Positions 30,041 through 40,790 of a stretch of 64,000 nucleotides of DNA are shown here, one piece after another. How positions within the stretch are numbered: position 1 is the first letter of the stretch; each line of letters opens with the position of its first letter. The notes below the pieces were generated by a model, which was given only the letters and a program-made list of their open reading frames with translations, did not search any database and was not told the origin of the DNA. The translations under genes and the position numbers were made by a program. Origin of the DNA: an uncultured bacterium (GTDB lineage Bacteria; CAYUVA01); assembly GCA_964448115.1 (NCBI GenBank), contig CAYUVA010000009.1:1-64000 (forward strand). Direction: 5' to 3'.

Positions 30041-30271
30041 CTCTCAACGCTATTATCGTAAAAGCGGTTCATTTCCTTTCAATCATCAAGAAAGAATTTA
30101 AACTAAAAAAATGCCCGCCTAAAAATGTCCAGGTGGTTCTGATAACGTTCATAGTTTAAGCCTCAAGCCTAATTTGATATTTGCGATCGCATCGCTTAAT
30201 ATCAATCACCGAATTGACTATATAACAACAATGCTGTCATCCATTGATGGCAGTAAATACGAGGTGAATAG

Positions 30272-32167
30272 ATGCTTCAGTCGCTCAGGAATAACCTGCA
30301 GAAGTTCAAATGGCTGCTCTGGTTGGTCATATTCGGAACCATCGGGGGTCTGGTAGTTATGTATGGAACCGTAAGAGGCGGCAAGGATGAGGTGCCTCCC
30401 GGTGCAATGGCTAAGGTGAACGGTATCATAATCCCATACCGACACTACCAGGATACCATACGATTTATGCAGAATATGTATCGACAAATATATGGCGAGA
30501 ACTTTGATCAGTTTACCAAGAACATCGACTTCGAGAGCCTCGCTTACGACGAGGTGATCAAGGAGGCGCTGTTGGTCTCCGAGGCACAAAAACGAGGCAT
30601 AATGGTTGATGAAGACGAGATCACCATGCGTATCGTTAATACCCCAATGTTTCAGAACAATGGCGTCTTTGATCAACAACGATACCGACAGATATTGGCT
30701 ATGAACCGGATGTCCCCTCAAGAGTTCGAGGAGAACCTGCGCATAAACATCCTTACCCAAAAGATGGAGGACCTGATAAAGGATATGGTGGTCGTCTCCA
30801 AAGGAGAGGTCTGGGAGAGCTACATAAACGAAAACGAAAAGATCAAGCTAAAACTGGTCCTAGTGCCCACCAAGGATTACCTGGATGAGGTTACGGTTAC
30901 CCCGAAGGAGATCGAACAATACTATAACCAACACGCCAGCGACTACCAGATCCCCACTAAAGTCAGGCTCGACTACTTCGCGGTAACCATTGACTGGTTA
31001 AAGGAAAAGGTCAAGATTACTGAGCAAGATGCTAAAGACTATTACAATATGAATTTATATGCGTTTACCCAGCCAGAGAAAATAAAGGCACGCCATATCC
31101 TGTTCAAGCTCGATGCCGAGGCTGATCCCCAGACTGAGGAGATGGTTCGAAACCGGGCAGAATCGGTTCTTGGAGAACTGAAGCAGGGCGCAGATTTCGC
31201 AAAGATGGCTGAGAAGTACTCCGAGGATGAATCCACCGCGCCCAGCGGCGGAGACCTCGGCTTCTTCGGCAGAGGCGAGATGGTCCCTCAGTTCGAGCAA
31301 GCTGCCTTCGCCCTTCAAGCTGGGGAAATGAGCGACCTGGTGAGAACCCGTTTCGGATATCACATCATCAAGGTAGATGAGATCCAACCCGAAGAGACAT
31401 TACCTTATGAGCAGGTTAAACAGGAGTGCATTGATGGAGCAAAGACCTGGAAGGCTGAGGAGCAGTTGGACATACTCTCCAGGAAAATGTACTACTCGAT
31501 GATAAAGGGTGAGAAATTTCACCATGTAGCTGCCGATTATAATCTACAGGTGGTAACCACCGAACTGTTCGATGCGGAAAATGTGCCCTCTGAGCTTGCT
31601 AAGATAGAGGATCTAAAAACACAAGCCTTCACCCAGGAGCTTAATAAACCGATGCCTCCCTTCATGATCCCCCAAGAGGGTGCCTATTTCACAATACCTA
31701 TCGAGCGCATCATTGCCCACCAAGCATCGCTTGAGGAAGCCAGGGTTAAAATAGAGACCGAACTGATCGAGAAAAAGGCAAAAAACCTGGCAAAACAACA
31801 AGCTTTCCAATATTCGAGGATGCTCACCGAGGGGATGACCTGGGATGAGATGGTCGATAAGTTCGACCTCAAAGAGAGGGAAACGAGGGACCTGACCCGC
31901 AATAGCTTCGTTACCTACATAGGCAATAATGCAAAATTCGACCAGATCGCATTCTCCATGCAGCCTGGCGAGGTCGGTGAACCGTTCGAGGCTAAGGCTG
32001 GATGGGTGTTGTTCAAGGTGATGGACAAGGTGACGCCAGATCCCCAAGCCTTTGATGAGAGCTATTATTCCTTATACGCCAAGCTACTGAAAAAAAAGCA
32101 GAAAACATTCTTCGACATGTTCGTTGAAGAGCTAAAGGATGATGCTGAGATAATAAGTTACAGGTAA
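30272..32167 (+). CDS. PpiD/SurA-like membrane-anchored parvulin PPIase chaperone
   Basis: N-terminal TM, SurA N-domain, KARHIL, GGDLGFF, FGYHIIKV. Confidence 0.9.
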   Translation: MLQSLRNNLQKFKWLLWLVIFGTIGGLVVMYGTVRGGKDEVPPGAMAKVNGIIIPYRHYQDTIRFMQNMYRQIYGENFDQFTKNIDFESLAYDEVIKEALLVSEAQKRGIMVDEDEITMRIVNTPMFQNNGVFDQQRYRQILAMNRMSPQEFEENLRINILTQKMEDLIKDMVVVSKGEVWESYINENEKIKLKLVLVPTKDYLDEVTVTPKEIEQYYNQHASDYQIPTKVRLDYFAVTIDWLKEKVKITEQDAKDYYNMNLYAFTQPEKIKARHILFKLDAEADPQTEEMVRNRAESVLGELKQGADFAKMAEKYSEDESTAPSGGDLGFFGRGEMVPQFEQAAFALQAGEMSDLVRTRFGYHIIKVDEIQPEETLPYEQVKQECIDGAKTWKAEEQLDILSRKMYYSMIKGEKFHHVAADYNLQVVTTELFDAENVPSELAKIEDLKTQAFTQELNKPMPPFMIPQEGAYFTIPIERIIAHQASLEEARVKIETELIEKKAKNLAKQQAFQYSRMLTEGMTWDEMVDKFDLKERETRDLTRNSFVTYIGNNAKFDQIAFSMQPGEVGEPFEAKAGWVLFKVMDKVTPDPQAFDESYYSLYAKLLKKKQKTFFDMFVEELKDDAEIISYR

Positions 32168-32287
32168 TATGAGGCTTAAGGCTTTTACTTAAATAAAAAT
32201 ATAGCATGATACATAATAGCGAGAGTGAGCGAGCACTCCCCAAAATGTCAATCTGTTAGGGTAGTGGCTCAGAAAAGGAGATGAGAC

Positions 32288-33778
32288 ATGAAGAAAAGAT
32301 GGCTATGGCTGTTTGCGCTATGTAGCTGCCTGTTGCTACCGGGCGGCAACCTGTTGTGGGCAAAGGGAGAGACCGATGAGCCAATAAAGACCTATACTGG
32401 CGGAGAGACCATCGGGATATTTACCTACAAGGGACGGGACCTGAAGGTATTCGTTGGCGCTCAGATCGAGATTACAAACGAGTTCAGGGACAAGTATTTC
32501 TTTACCACTAAACCAAATGATTACATCAAGCCAGAGGGTGAGGGCGGGTTCCCCAAAGATAAGGCAGCCTTCGTTGAACAAGAGACCAGAATGGATGTAG
32601 GGTTCACCTACCGGGACATCATCGAGTCTCGAATCCGCTGGGAAGTGCAAGCCTTCTGGGATACAGACAGCGAGGAGGCTGCGATCACAAGCTACGATCC
32701 GCTGAACGATGAGAATACCAAGTGGGATGCCATGCTTCTGCTTGAGGATGCCTGGGCTTCGTTCAAGCCCTTCGAGGCGCCGGTAAGCCTGCGCGCCGGC
32801 TTGCAGGACTTCAAGATTACCCATACGGGAATCCTGTACAATGCCGATGATTACGGATACTTACTTCAGGGCGACTTTGACATGTTCTACTTCTTTGGGG
32901 TCTTCTCAATGGTGCAAGAAAGCGTACAGGACAGGGGCAACAGGTACGACTACCTCAACAGCATCCGTTACGACAGGCTGACCCGCAAGTGGGAGGATAA
33001 CACGGTAACCGCACTGGCTGGCGGAGTAAGAGGAATGGGCGGAGACCTGAGACTATATTATGTAAAAGATGACAACGGCTACTCTGAGACCCAGTTGATA
33101 GATAGAAATTACCTGGGTCTCAGCGCAAAGGCAGCCATGGGGCTAATCAAGATCCAGGCAGAGCTGGTAACTCAAAGCGGCACCGTCCAGTCAAAGATAG
33201 AGGGGACTAAAGATATCGATATCAGTGGATTTGCCGCCATGGCTCACGCCGAGTACGACCTTGGCAAACTCAAGGTGCGCAGCTCTGTTTTCTATGCCCC
33301 TGGAGACGATAAAGCCAATGACTACAAGTGGGAGTCCTTCATGCCAATACGACAGGGGCTATACGGATACTTCGGCATGGATGGAATCTGGGTTGATGAC
33401 ACGCTGCCCATTGCTGGAGTCGATGAGGATACCATAGTTCCAAATATCGGATACGAGACCCATGCACCGATCGGAATAAATGCCCTGAGCCTGGGATTCG
33501 AGTTCTCGGCTCATAGAAAAGTTAGATTGTACGGCGATGCCAGCCTGTTTAATGCAGGAGCTACCGATGGATTGACCGCTCCAACCGGAAAGGCTGATAT
33601 AAGTAAATCCCTAGGTACCGAAGCTGGCTTGGGAATCTATTACCGCTACAGCCAGAACTTCCAGGTTAGAGCACAATATAGCCTATTTATGCCCGGAGAT
33701 TTCTTCGTTGACTATTACGGATCCGGCGTTGACGAGACTGCCTCCAACGGCATCCTCGAATTCAAATGGAGGTTCTAA
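32288..33778 (+). CDS. Outer-membrane beta-barrel porin (alginate-export-like)
   Basis: Signal peptide, amphipathic strands, C-terminal FKWRF. Confidence 0.7.
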   Translation: MKKRWLWLFALCSCLLLPGGNLLWAKGETDEPIKTYTGGETIGIFTYKGRDLKVFVGAQIEITNEFRDKYFFTTKPNDYIKPEGEGGFPKDKAAFVEQETRMDVGFTYRDIIESRIRWEVQAFWDTDSEEAAITSYDPLNDENTKWDAMLLLEDAWASFKPFEAPVSLRAGLQDFKITHTGILYNADDYGYLLQGDFDMFYFFGVFSMVQESVQDRGNRYDYLNSIRYDRLTRKWEDNTVTALAGGVRGMGGDLRLYYVKDDNGYSETQLIDRNYLGLSAKAAMGLIKIQAELVTQSGTVQSKIEGTKDIDISGFAAMAHAEYDLGKLKVRSSVFYAPGDDKANDYKWESFMPIRQGLYGYFGMDGIWVDDTLPIAGVDEDTIVPNIGYETHAPIGINALSLGFEFSAHRKVRLYGDASLFNAGATDGLTAPTGKADISKSLGTEAGLGIYYRYSQNFQVRAQYSLFMPGDFFVDYYGSGVDETASNGILEFKWRF

Positions 33779-33872
33779 AAAAATCGTTTCTAGTTGCTTG
33801 GTTTCTGGATCATGAAGCCTCTAAGCGAGACTCTTAGCATGGAAACTAGATCCTATTTTATCGAAAAAGGTC

Positions 33873-33901
33873 TTGACAAGCCTGATTCGGTTCTATAATA
33901 T
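33873..33901 (+). promoter_or_regulatory. Putative sigma70 promoter of the nuo operon
   Basis: TTGACA followed by TATAAT (15-nt spacer) or TAATAT (17-nt spacer). Confidence 0.55.
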
Positions 33902-33961
33902 GCGTGCTGATTTTTTTCTAGGTCAAGAGCTGGAAACCGGGACCAGAAAGCGACAGTTGAT

Positions 33962-34369
33962 ATGAGTCAAGCTCAAAGCGTGGTAAACGAAGCGACTAGG
34001 CTGATACAGACCTACAGCGGATCCTACCTGGCGGTGCTTATATTCTTCTTAGTCATGTCAGCCATAGGATTCGGCATCCTCCTCGTTGCCTTCTTTCTCA
34101 GACCTCACCGGCCAAATGCTCAAAAAGGCTCGGTCTATGAGTGCGGCATCGAGCCGGTCGGCGATGCCCGCAGCAGGCAGATCGTCAGGTTCTTCATCGT
34201 CGCCATGCTCTTCGTTGTCTTCGACATAGAGACCATCTTCATCTTCCCTTGGGCGGTAACCTTCGGGATCATCGGTGTGTTCGGGCTTATTGAGATGGTG
34301 CTCTTCATCGTTATCGTGCTAATCGGGTACCTTTACATTGTCCGCAAGGACGGGCTTAAGTGGGTATGA
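33962..34369 (+). CDS. nuoA: NADH-quinone oxidoreductase subunit A
   Basis: YECG, FVVFDIE, FPWAV. Confidence 0.95.
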   Translation: MSQAQSVVNEATRLIQTYSGSYLAVLIFFLVMSAIGFGILLVAFFLRPHRPNAQKGSVYECGIEPVGDARSRQIVRFFIVAMLFVVFDIETIFIFPWAVTFGIIGVFGLIEMVLFIVIVLIGYLYIVRKDGLKWV

Positions 34370-34372
34370 TCA

Positions 34373-34957
34373 ATGACCCTTGATGATAAAAAACGGATAG
34401 AAGGTTTGACTGAAGAACAAAGCCGCCTGGTGCAAGGGAGGGTTATGCTGACCACGGTGGAACGCTTCCGAGATGCGGTGCAGGCTATAACCGCAAAGGT
34501 CAAGCCGCTCGACAAGGGGATCGCCTGGATGCGCAAATCATCTCTATGGCCGCTCGGATTCGGGCTGGCTTGCTGCGCTATCGAGATGATGGCGACCTTT
34601 GTCTCCAGGTGGGATATAGATCGCTTCGGGGCCGGCGTTATGCGCCCCTCGCCAAGGCAGGCGGACCTGATGCTGGTCGCCGGCACGGTTACACTGAAGA
34701 TGGCGCCGGTGGTTAAAAAGCTCTGGGACCAGATGCCGGATCCCAAGTACAGCATCGCTATGGGAAGCTGTGCCATGAGCGGCGGTGGATTCGATACTTA
34801 TGCGGTTCTGCAAGGCGTCGATGAAGTTATCCCTGTCGATGTCTATATCGCCGGCTGCCCACCGCAGCCAGAGAACTTGCTGGAGGGGCTGTTCAAGATG
34901 CAAAAGATCATTATGGAGCGCGAGGGACAACTGCTCGAAGATATATGGGCTAGATGA
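34373..34957 (+). CDS. nuoB: NADH-quinone oxidoreductase subunit B
   Basis: [19 protein letters not shown]. Confidence 0.96.
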   Translation: MTLDDKKRIEGLTEEQSRLVQGRVMLTTVERFRDAVQAITAKVKPLDKGIAWMRKSSLWPLGFGLACCAIEMMATFVSRWDIDRFGAGVMRPSPRQADLMLVAGTVTLKMAPVVKKLWDQMPDPKYSIAMGSCAMSGGGFDTYAVLQGVDEVIPVDVYIAGCPPQPENLLEGLFKMQKIIMEREGQLLEDIWAR

Positions 34958-35478
34958 GCAAGAGAACAGGACATCTCGAACCAACAAGGCTGCTCGAAAG
35001 CATAAAAGGGAAGCTGGGAAGCAAGGCGGACAGGCTGATCCTCGATCATCGCATCTATGCCGGGGAGCTGACCATCGAGATACCAAGAACAGAGGTCTTC
35101 AATCTGTGCCAGTTCCTGAAGGACGATGAAGATCTCGATTTCTCATACTGCAGCGATGTAACCTTTGTCGATTACCTTAACCAGGGGAGAAAGCCGCGCT
35201 TCATGCAGGTCATTCACCTTCTCTCTATGGATAAACAACACCGCATACGCATCAAGGCTGGGATCGATGATGGCGAGAGTGCTCAATCGATCACAGCGCT
35301 TTATGGCGGTGCTAACTGGCACGAGCGCGAGGCTTATGACATGTTCGGCATCGAGTTCGAGGGGCACCCTGATCTGCGGAGGCTGCTCACACCGCAAGGA
35401 TTCGAGGGATACCCGCTGCGCAAGGACTTCCCCCTCAAGGGCACAACCAAACAGAAACCGATATATGAGAATAAGTAG
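34954..35478 (+). CDS. nuoC: NADH-quinone oxidoreductase subunit C
   Basis: [30 protein letters not shown]. Confidence 0.96.
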   Translation: MSKRTGHLEPTRLLESIKGKLGSKADRLILDHRIYAGELTIEIPRTEVFNLCQFLKDDEDLDFSYCSDVTFVDYLNQGRKPRFMQVIHLLSMDKQHRIRIKAGIDDGESAQSITALYGGANWHEREAYDMFGIEFEGHPDLRRLLTPQGFEGYPLRKDFPLKGTTKQKPIYENK

Positions 35479-35481
35479 ATA

Positions 35482-36684
35482 ATGACCGAGGAGCTGCTGA
35501 AAGAAGAGCTGCAAACGCTCGATATACAGTTGAACATGGGTCCCCAGCACCCCAGCACCCACGGAGTGCTGAGGGTAATACTCACCCTGGATGGCGAGGT
35601 GATCCACAAGGCAGACCCGGTCATCGGCTATCTGCATCGGGGTATGGAGAAGCTCGGCGAGTCGCTGAATTATGCACAGTTTGTCCCTTATACTGATAGG
35701 CTCGACTATGTGCAGTCCATGTTCAACAACATCGCCTACTGCCAGGCGGTGGAGAAGCTGGTGCAGCTCGAGGTGCCCCAACGTGCCGAGTATATCCGCG
35801 TGATCATGTTCGAGCTTACCCGCCTTGCCAGCCATCTGATTTGGCTGGGGACACACGCTCTCGACATCGGAGCCTGGACAGTATTGCTATGGTGCTTCCG
35901 GGAGCGGGAGCAGATCCTCGACATCTACGATAGTTACTGCGGTCAGCGCTTGACCCATAACGGCGCACGCATCGGCGGCATGCCTCATGACCTAAGCGAT
36001 GAGACCATGAGAATGATCGAGCGCTTCGTCGATACCCTGCCCGGTTACATCGACCAGTATGAGGCTTTGCTCACAGAAAACAGGATTTGGCTTAATCGAA
36101 CAGTTGATGTGGGAGTAATAACCAAAGAACAGGCGATCAACCTTGGGCTGTCCGGACCTATGGCTCGCGGCTCCGGGGTTGACTGGGATATCAGGCGCGA
36201 CCAGCCTTACTCGGTGTATCCCAAGCTCGATTTCATCGTGCCAGTGAAACAAAACGGCGATACCTACGATCGCTACCTGGTAAGGCTAATCGAGATGCGA
36301 CAGTCATGCCGTATCATAAAGCAGTGCCTAAGTCAGATACCGGACGGGGATCACATCACCCCCGATCTGCGCTATCGCAGCGCACCGAGAGAGCTGATCA
36401 AGAAGGACATGGCGGTCATGGCAAACCACTTCAACTTCGTAATACACGGCTTCAAGGCACCCAAGGGTGAGATATATCACTGCGTGGAAAGCCCCAAGGG
36501 TGAGCTGGGATTCTACCTGGCATCGGATGGCGGAAGCAAACCGCTTCGGCTGCGAGTGCGATCCTGCTCGCTGGTCAACCTCTCATCAATAACCACAATG
36601 ATCAAGAACCGGCGCACATTCATGGCGGATATGGCTGCGATTATCGGCAGCATCGATATTATCATGGCGGAGATAGACAGGTAG
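35482..36684 (+). CDS. nuoD: NADH-quinone oxidoreductase subunit D
   Basis: NMGPQHPSTHGVLR, GYLHRG, ESPKGE; no NiFe CxxC motifs. Confidence 0.96.
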   Translation: MTEELLKEELQTLDIQLNMGPQHPSTHGVLRVILTLDGEVIHKADPVIGYLHRGMEKLGESLNYAQFVPYTDRLDYVQSMFNNIAYCQAVEKLVQLEVPQRAEYIRVIMFELTRLASHLIWLGTHALDIGAWTVLLWCFREREQILDIYDSYCGQRLTHNGARIGGMPHDLSDETMRMIERFVDTLPGYIDQYEALLTENRIWLNRTVDVGVITKEQAINLGLSGPMARGSGVDWDIRRDQPYSVYPKLDFIVPVKQNGDTYDRYLVRLIEMRQSCRIIKQCLSQIPDGDHITPDLRYRSAPRELIKKDMAVMANHFNFVIHGFKAPKGEIYHCVESPKGELGFYLASDGGSKPLRLRVRSCSLVNLSSITTMIKNRRTFMADMAAIIGSIDIIMAEIDR

Positions 36685-36697
36685 AAGAAGTGATAGA

Positions 36698-39211
36698 GTG
36701 ATAAAGGGAAACAAGGACATAGAAGGGAAAACTGACCTGGTTACCATAACCATCGACGGTACCGAACTTAAGGTAGCGGATAAATCATCTATCATTGAGG
36801 CTGCCGAGTCTATCGGGATTCATATTCCGGTACTCTGCGATTTCAAGAGCATGCGTCCCTTCGGCGCCTGCAAGATCTGCACTGTAGAGGCTATCGATGC
36901 CAAGGGGAGCAAGATGCGCGCCGCCTGTGTGCTCAAGGCGAGCGACGGATTGATCATAAACACACAGCACCCGGAAGCGATCCGAACCCGCCATGATGCC
37001 CTGATCTCAATTATCGAGCGACATCCGCTCGAATGCACAATCTGCGACAAGTCCGGGGAGTGCGAGTTGCAAGACCTGGTCGATCAGTTCGCTATCATGG
37101 AATCCCCCACGGACAAAGAGAAACTGAATATACCCCCGGTTTATGACAATCCCTTCATTGCCCGCGAGATGTCCAAGTGCATGCTGGCTAGCATGTGCCG
37201 ACGCTGCGTCCGGATCTGCAAGGACATTCAGGGAGTCGAAGCCCTCGATTATGTGAGAGAGGGAGTTCAATACATAGTCCCTAAGAATGCCCAGGTGCTT
37301 GATTGCGAGTTCTGTGGGCAGTGCGTGGCTGCCTGCCCGGTCGGGTGTATCATCGATGCCACCTTCAAGAACAAGCTCCGCGCCTGGGATTGCGTGAAGA
37401 CTACCACTGTCTGCCCCCACTGCGGGGTGGGCTGCAACCTGGAGATAAATACCTATCGCAACCAGTTCATGAGGGTAACCACCGAGCCGAACTTTGGGAT
37501 AAACAAGGGCTGGCTCTGCGTGAGAGGGCGCTTCGGCTGCGACTATGTGCAAAGCGATAAAAGGCTTAATACCCCGCTAGTCAAGGATGGTAACTCGCAT
37601 AAGGTGGCATCCTGGGAGCAGGCATACAAGACTGCTGCTGAAAGGCTTTCTTCGATAATCGAGCAACATGGAGCAGACAGCGTTTCTGCTGTGCTCTCCG
37701 CCAGGGCTTCCAACCAGTCCAACCAGGCGATGATCCAGTTCATGCGCAATGTGATCGGCTCTGAGAACATCGGCGCTACTGTTTCCTACAAGCAGCCGGC
37801 GCTGATCGAGGCCATGGCAGCGACCCGCGGCACCTACCATGGCAGCGCGTCCCTGCAGGATATCGCTGACTCGGAGGTCGTGGTCTGCGGTGGCTTCGGT
37901 TTTGTGCAATCGCACCCGGTCATTGCCAACATGATCTTCAAGGCGGTGCAGGATAATCGCGCCAAGGTGGTCGGTATCGGCAGCGCTGACCATAAGCTCA
38001 CCGGCATCAAGAAATCGATATTCCTCACCCCCAAGCCGGGATGCGAGCTGAATGTATATATCGCGCTGGCAAAGGCGGTAAGCGAGCTGCCGGACAAGGA
38101 AACAAAAGGGCTGGAAAAGGTAAAGAGGTACAAGAGCTTCACCAATGCGCTCGGTTCTTATGAATATGCCAAGCTGCTCGATGGCACCGGGATTAGCCAG
38201 GCTGAGGTGAAGAAGGCTGCCGAAACTATCGGCGCGGCGAGCAAGGTTACCTTCATCATCTCCCCAGAGGACGAGGCTGCTGTGCACGATATCGAGGCTG
38301 CCACTGCCTTTTGCAACCTTGCCCTGATCAGCAATACCGATGACAAGGCTATCTGCCGCCTGCTTCCCACCTGGGAGAAGGTCAATACCCTCGGCGTTCT
38401 CGATATGCTTAGCGGATTGGATGGCGATATCAAGCGGATACTGGGCGGAATAATTGAGGGCAGGATCAAGGCTTTGCTGGTGATGGGAGATGACCTGCTC
38501 AATGATTTTAGCGTGCATGACCGGTTGAGGGAAAAGCTAGAAAATCTCGAATTGCTGGTCGTCATTGACCCATTGCAGACCGCCATGACCGAGATAGCGG
38601 ATATTGCTCTGCCCTGCACCACGCTAATGGAATGCGATGGCACGGTAACCAACATCGAGGGTCGGGTACAGCGTCTTGGCAGGGCGCTGTTCCCTGCCGA
38701 AAATATAAAACCTGAGCCTGAGATACTTCAGCAGCTTGCCAAGGCGATGGGCAAGGAGCTTCACCTGCAAGGGGTTACTGCCCGTGTCCAGGAGGCAATG
38801 GTCGTTAAAAACGCTGGCTTCGTTGCGCTCAAAGCCAGGGAGCTGTCCGAAGGTGAGAGCAAGATAGGGGGGCTGCGTGCTATGGTGGGCAAGGATCTCT
38901 TCCATCATGGCAAGCTGACCGAGGCGAGCGCCAATATAGCAAAGCTGGAGCGCAAAGGGTGTATTTATCTTAATCCAACTGATGCCGAACAGGTGGGCAT
39001 TACAGATGGTGATACCTTAAGCCTAAGCAACCACAAGGTTGAGATCAAAGCCATTGCCCGTATAAATCGCCATCTCGCTGTTCCCAAGGGAGCGATTCAC
39101 ATCCCCTCCAGCGAGCTTGATATGGCAAATCAGTTGGATTTGTTATATTCATTGGCTGATTACCTGGAGGGAAAGCCTCCGCAACGGACTTATCTGAATA
39201 TAAAGAAATGA
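36698..39211 (+). CDS. nuoG: NuoG-like Fe-S subunit (2Fe-2S, His/Cys 4Fe-4S, 2x4Fe-4S, Mo-bisPGD-like fold)
   Basis: GACKIC, HPLECTICDKSGEC, CRRCVRIC, CEFCGQCVAACP, CPHCGVGC..LC; lies between nuoD and nuoH. Confidence 0.85.
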   Translation: MIKGNKDIEGKTDLVTITIDGTELKVADKSSIIEAAESIGIHIPVLCDFKSMRPFGACKICTVEAIDAKGSKMRAACVLKASDGLIINTQHPEAIRTRHDALISIIERHPLECTICDKSGECELQDLVDQFAIMESPTDKEKLNIPPVYDNPFIAREMSKCMLASMCRRCVRICKDIQGVEALDYVREGVQYIVPKNAQVLDCEFCGQCVAACPVGCIIDATFKNKLRAWDCVKTTTVCPHCGVGCNLEINTYRNQFMRVTTEPNFGINKGWLCVRGRFGCDYVQSDKRLNTPLVKDGNSHKVASWEQAYKTAAERLSSIIEQHGADSVSAVLSARASNQSNQAMIQFMRNVIGSENIGATVSYKQPALIEAMAATRGTYHGSASLQDIADSEVVVCGGFGFVQSHPVIANMIFKAVQDNRAKVVGIGSADHKLTGIKKSIFLTPKPGCELNVYIALAKAVSELPDKETKGLEKVKRYKSFTNALGSYEYAKLLDGTGISQAEVKKAAETIGAASKVTFIISPEDEAAVHDIEAATAFCNLALISNTDDKAICRLLPTWEKVNTLGVLDMLSGLDGDIKRILGGIIEGRIKALLVMGDDLLNDFSVHDRLREKLENLELLVVIDPLQTAMTEIADIALPCTTLMECDGTVTNIEGRVQRLGRALFPAENIKPEPEILQQLAKAMGKELHLQGVTARVQEAMVVKNAGFVALKARELSEGESKIGGLRAMVGKDLFHHGKLTEASANIAKLERKGCIYLNPTDAEQVGITDGDTLSLSNHKVEIKAIARINRHLAVPKGAIHIPSSELDMANQLDLLYSLADYLEGKPPQRTYLNIKK

Positions 39212-40317
39212 TAACTATACCGACATTTCTGGCTGGGCTGGGGATCGTGCTGGTGAAGATCCTCATCGTGGTTATCGTGGTCTTTCTTGCTGTCGCTTAT
39301 TTATCGCTGGCTGAGCGCAAGGTCTCGGCGCACATCCAGGTTCGCTGGGGACCGATGAAGGTGGGGAGCCATGGCTGGCTGCAACCGATTGCCGATGGGA
39401 TCAAGCTGTTCCTCAAGGAGGATATCATCCCCCTGGCAGCGGATGCGCCGGTCTATGTAATCTCTCCTATAATCATCCTGGTCGCTGCGTTGCTAGTATT
39501 CGTAACCATTCCCTTTGGACCGGGTCTTTATATTACCGATCTCAATATCGGGCTGCTGTTTATCCTGGCAGTCAGCTCCATGGGCGTCTATGGCATAGTC
39601 ATGGGGGGATGGTCGTCCAATAATAAGTATTCGCTAATGGGCGGATTGCGTAGCGCCTCGCAGATGATAAGCTACGAGGTGCCGCTGGCGCTGGCGGTGA
39701 TCGGCGTGGTGATGCAGGCGGGGAGCCTATCCATGGTCGAGATCGTCGAGGCTCAAAGGGGGCTGTATTTCGGCTTCATACCCAAGTGGTTTTTATTCTG
39801 GGCGCAGCCGCTCGCCTTTTTCATCTTCCTGGTCGCCTCGCTTGCAGAGAACAATCGCCTCCCCTTTGACCTCCCAGAAGCGGAGGCAGAGCTGGTGGCT
39901 GGCTTCTTCACTGAATACAGCGGGATGAAGTTCGCCTTTTACTTTTTGGCTGAGTACGCCAACATGATAGTGGTTGCAAGCATTGGCACCATCTTATTTT
40001 TAGGTGGTTGGCTGGCGCCGCCCTTGTGGCTCTGGGTATTGGTGATGGGACCGTTTATCATCCTGGCGATTCGGGGGGGGAACTTTATTATTTCCACAGT
40101 AGTTATCTTTATACTTGGCGTTATCTTTATCTTTATCCCCGGCGGCGTTTTCTGGTTCGTCTTCAAGGTGGCATCGCTTATTTTCCTTGCCATGTGGATA
40201 CGATGGACTTATCCGCGATTTCGCTTTGATCAACTGATGAGGGTCGGCTGGCAGTGGCTGCTGCCCCTGGCATTTTTGAACATAATCGTAGTCGGAATAA
40301 TACTTAATCTTGTATGA
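39208..40317 (+). CDS. nuoH: NADH-quinone oxidoreductase subunit H
   Basis: ERK..GP, QPIADGIK, PFDLPEAE.ELV.G. Confidence 0.96.
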   Translation: MITIPTFLAGLGIVLVKILIVVIVVFLAVAYLSLAERKVSAHIQVRWGPMKVGSHGWLQPIADGIKLFLKEDIIPLAADAPVYVISPIIILVAALLVFVTIPFGPGLYITDLNIGLLFILAVSSMGVYGIVMGGWSSNNKYSLMGGLRSASQMISYEVPLALAVIGVVMQAGSLSMVEIVEAQRGLYFGFIPKWFLFWAQPLAFFIFLVASLAENNRLPFDLPEAEAELVAGFFTEYSGMKFAFYFLAEYANMIVVASIGTILFLGGWLAPPLWLWVLVMGPFIILAIRGGNFIISTVVIFILGVIFIFIPGGVFWFVFKVASLIFLAMWIRWTYPRFRFDQLMRVGWQWLLPLAFLNIIVVGIILNLV

Positions 40318-40790
40318 GCAGATGGTTTAATACATTTACGCTAAGGGACCTGATCAAGGGGCTGTGGACTACCATCAAGGTCTTCTTCGAGGATCCGATA
40401 ACGGTGATGTACCCGGATAAGGAACGTAAGGTTCATCCGAATTATCGCGGCGAGCATGTCTTGCAGCCCAAGCCGGATCATAGCGGGCACAGGTGCGTCG
40501 GCTGCGGGCTTTGCGAGGCTATCTGCCCCAGCCACTGTATAAAGGTCATCACCGAAAACGGACCCAATGGCGAGCGGGTGGTCAAGGACTACATCATAGA
40601 TATCAGCAGATGCCTTTACTGCGGGCTTTGCGAGGAGGTCTGCCCGGAGTTCGCCATCGAGATGGTAAACGACAACCGGGTCATACTGACCGAGCGGAAG
40701 GAGTTTTACTTTGATGCAAAGAGGCTTATGGATGCAGCGATGAAGCATGCTGAGCCTCAAAAAGCAGAAGCGAAGGGGGAAAAGCGATGA
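40314..40790 (+). CDS. nuoI: NADH-quinone oxidoreductase subunit I
   Basis: CVGCGLCEAICP, CLYCGLCEEVCP. Confidence 0.96.
   Translation: MSRWFNTFTLRDLIKGLWTTIKVFFEDPITVMYPDKERKVHPNYRGEHVLQPKPDHSGHRCVGCGLCEAICPSHCIKVITENGPNGERVVKDYIIDISRCLYCGLCEEVCPEFAIEMVNDNRVILTERKEFYFDAKRLMDAAMKHAEPQKAEAKGEKR

Noticed and set aside
34373-36684. Group 4 NiFe hydrogenase rather than complex I
   Set aside because: The large subunit lacks both Ni-binding CxxC motifs, and nuoA/J/K are present.
36698-39211. Selenocysteine formate dehydrogenase
   Set aside because: No in-frame TGA and no Cys/Sec-His active-site motif.
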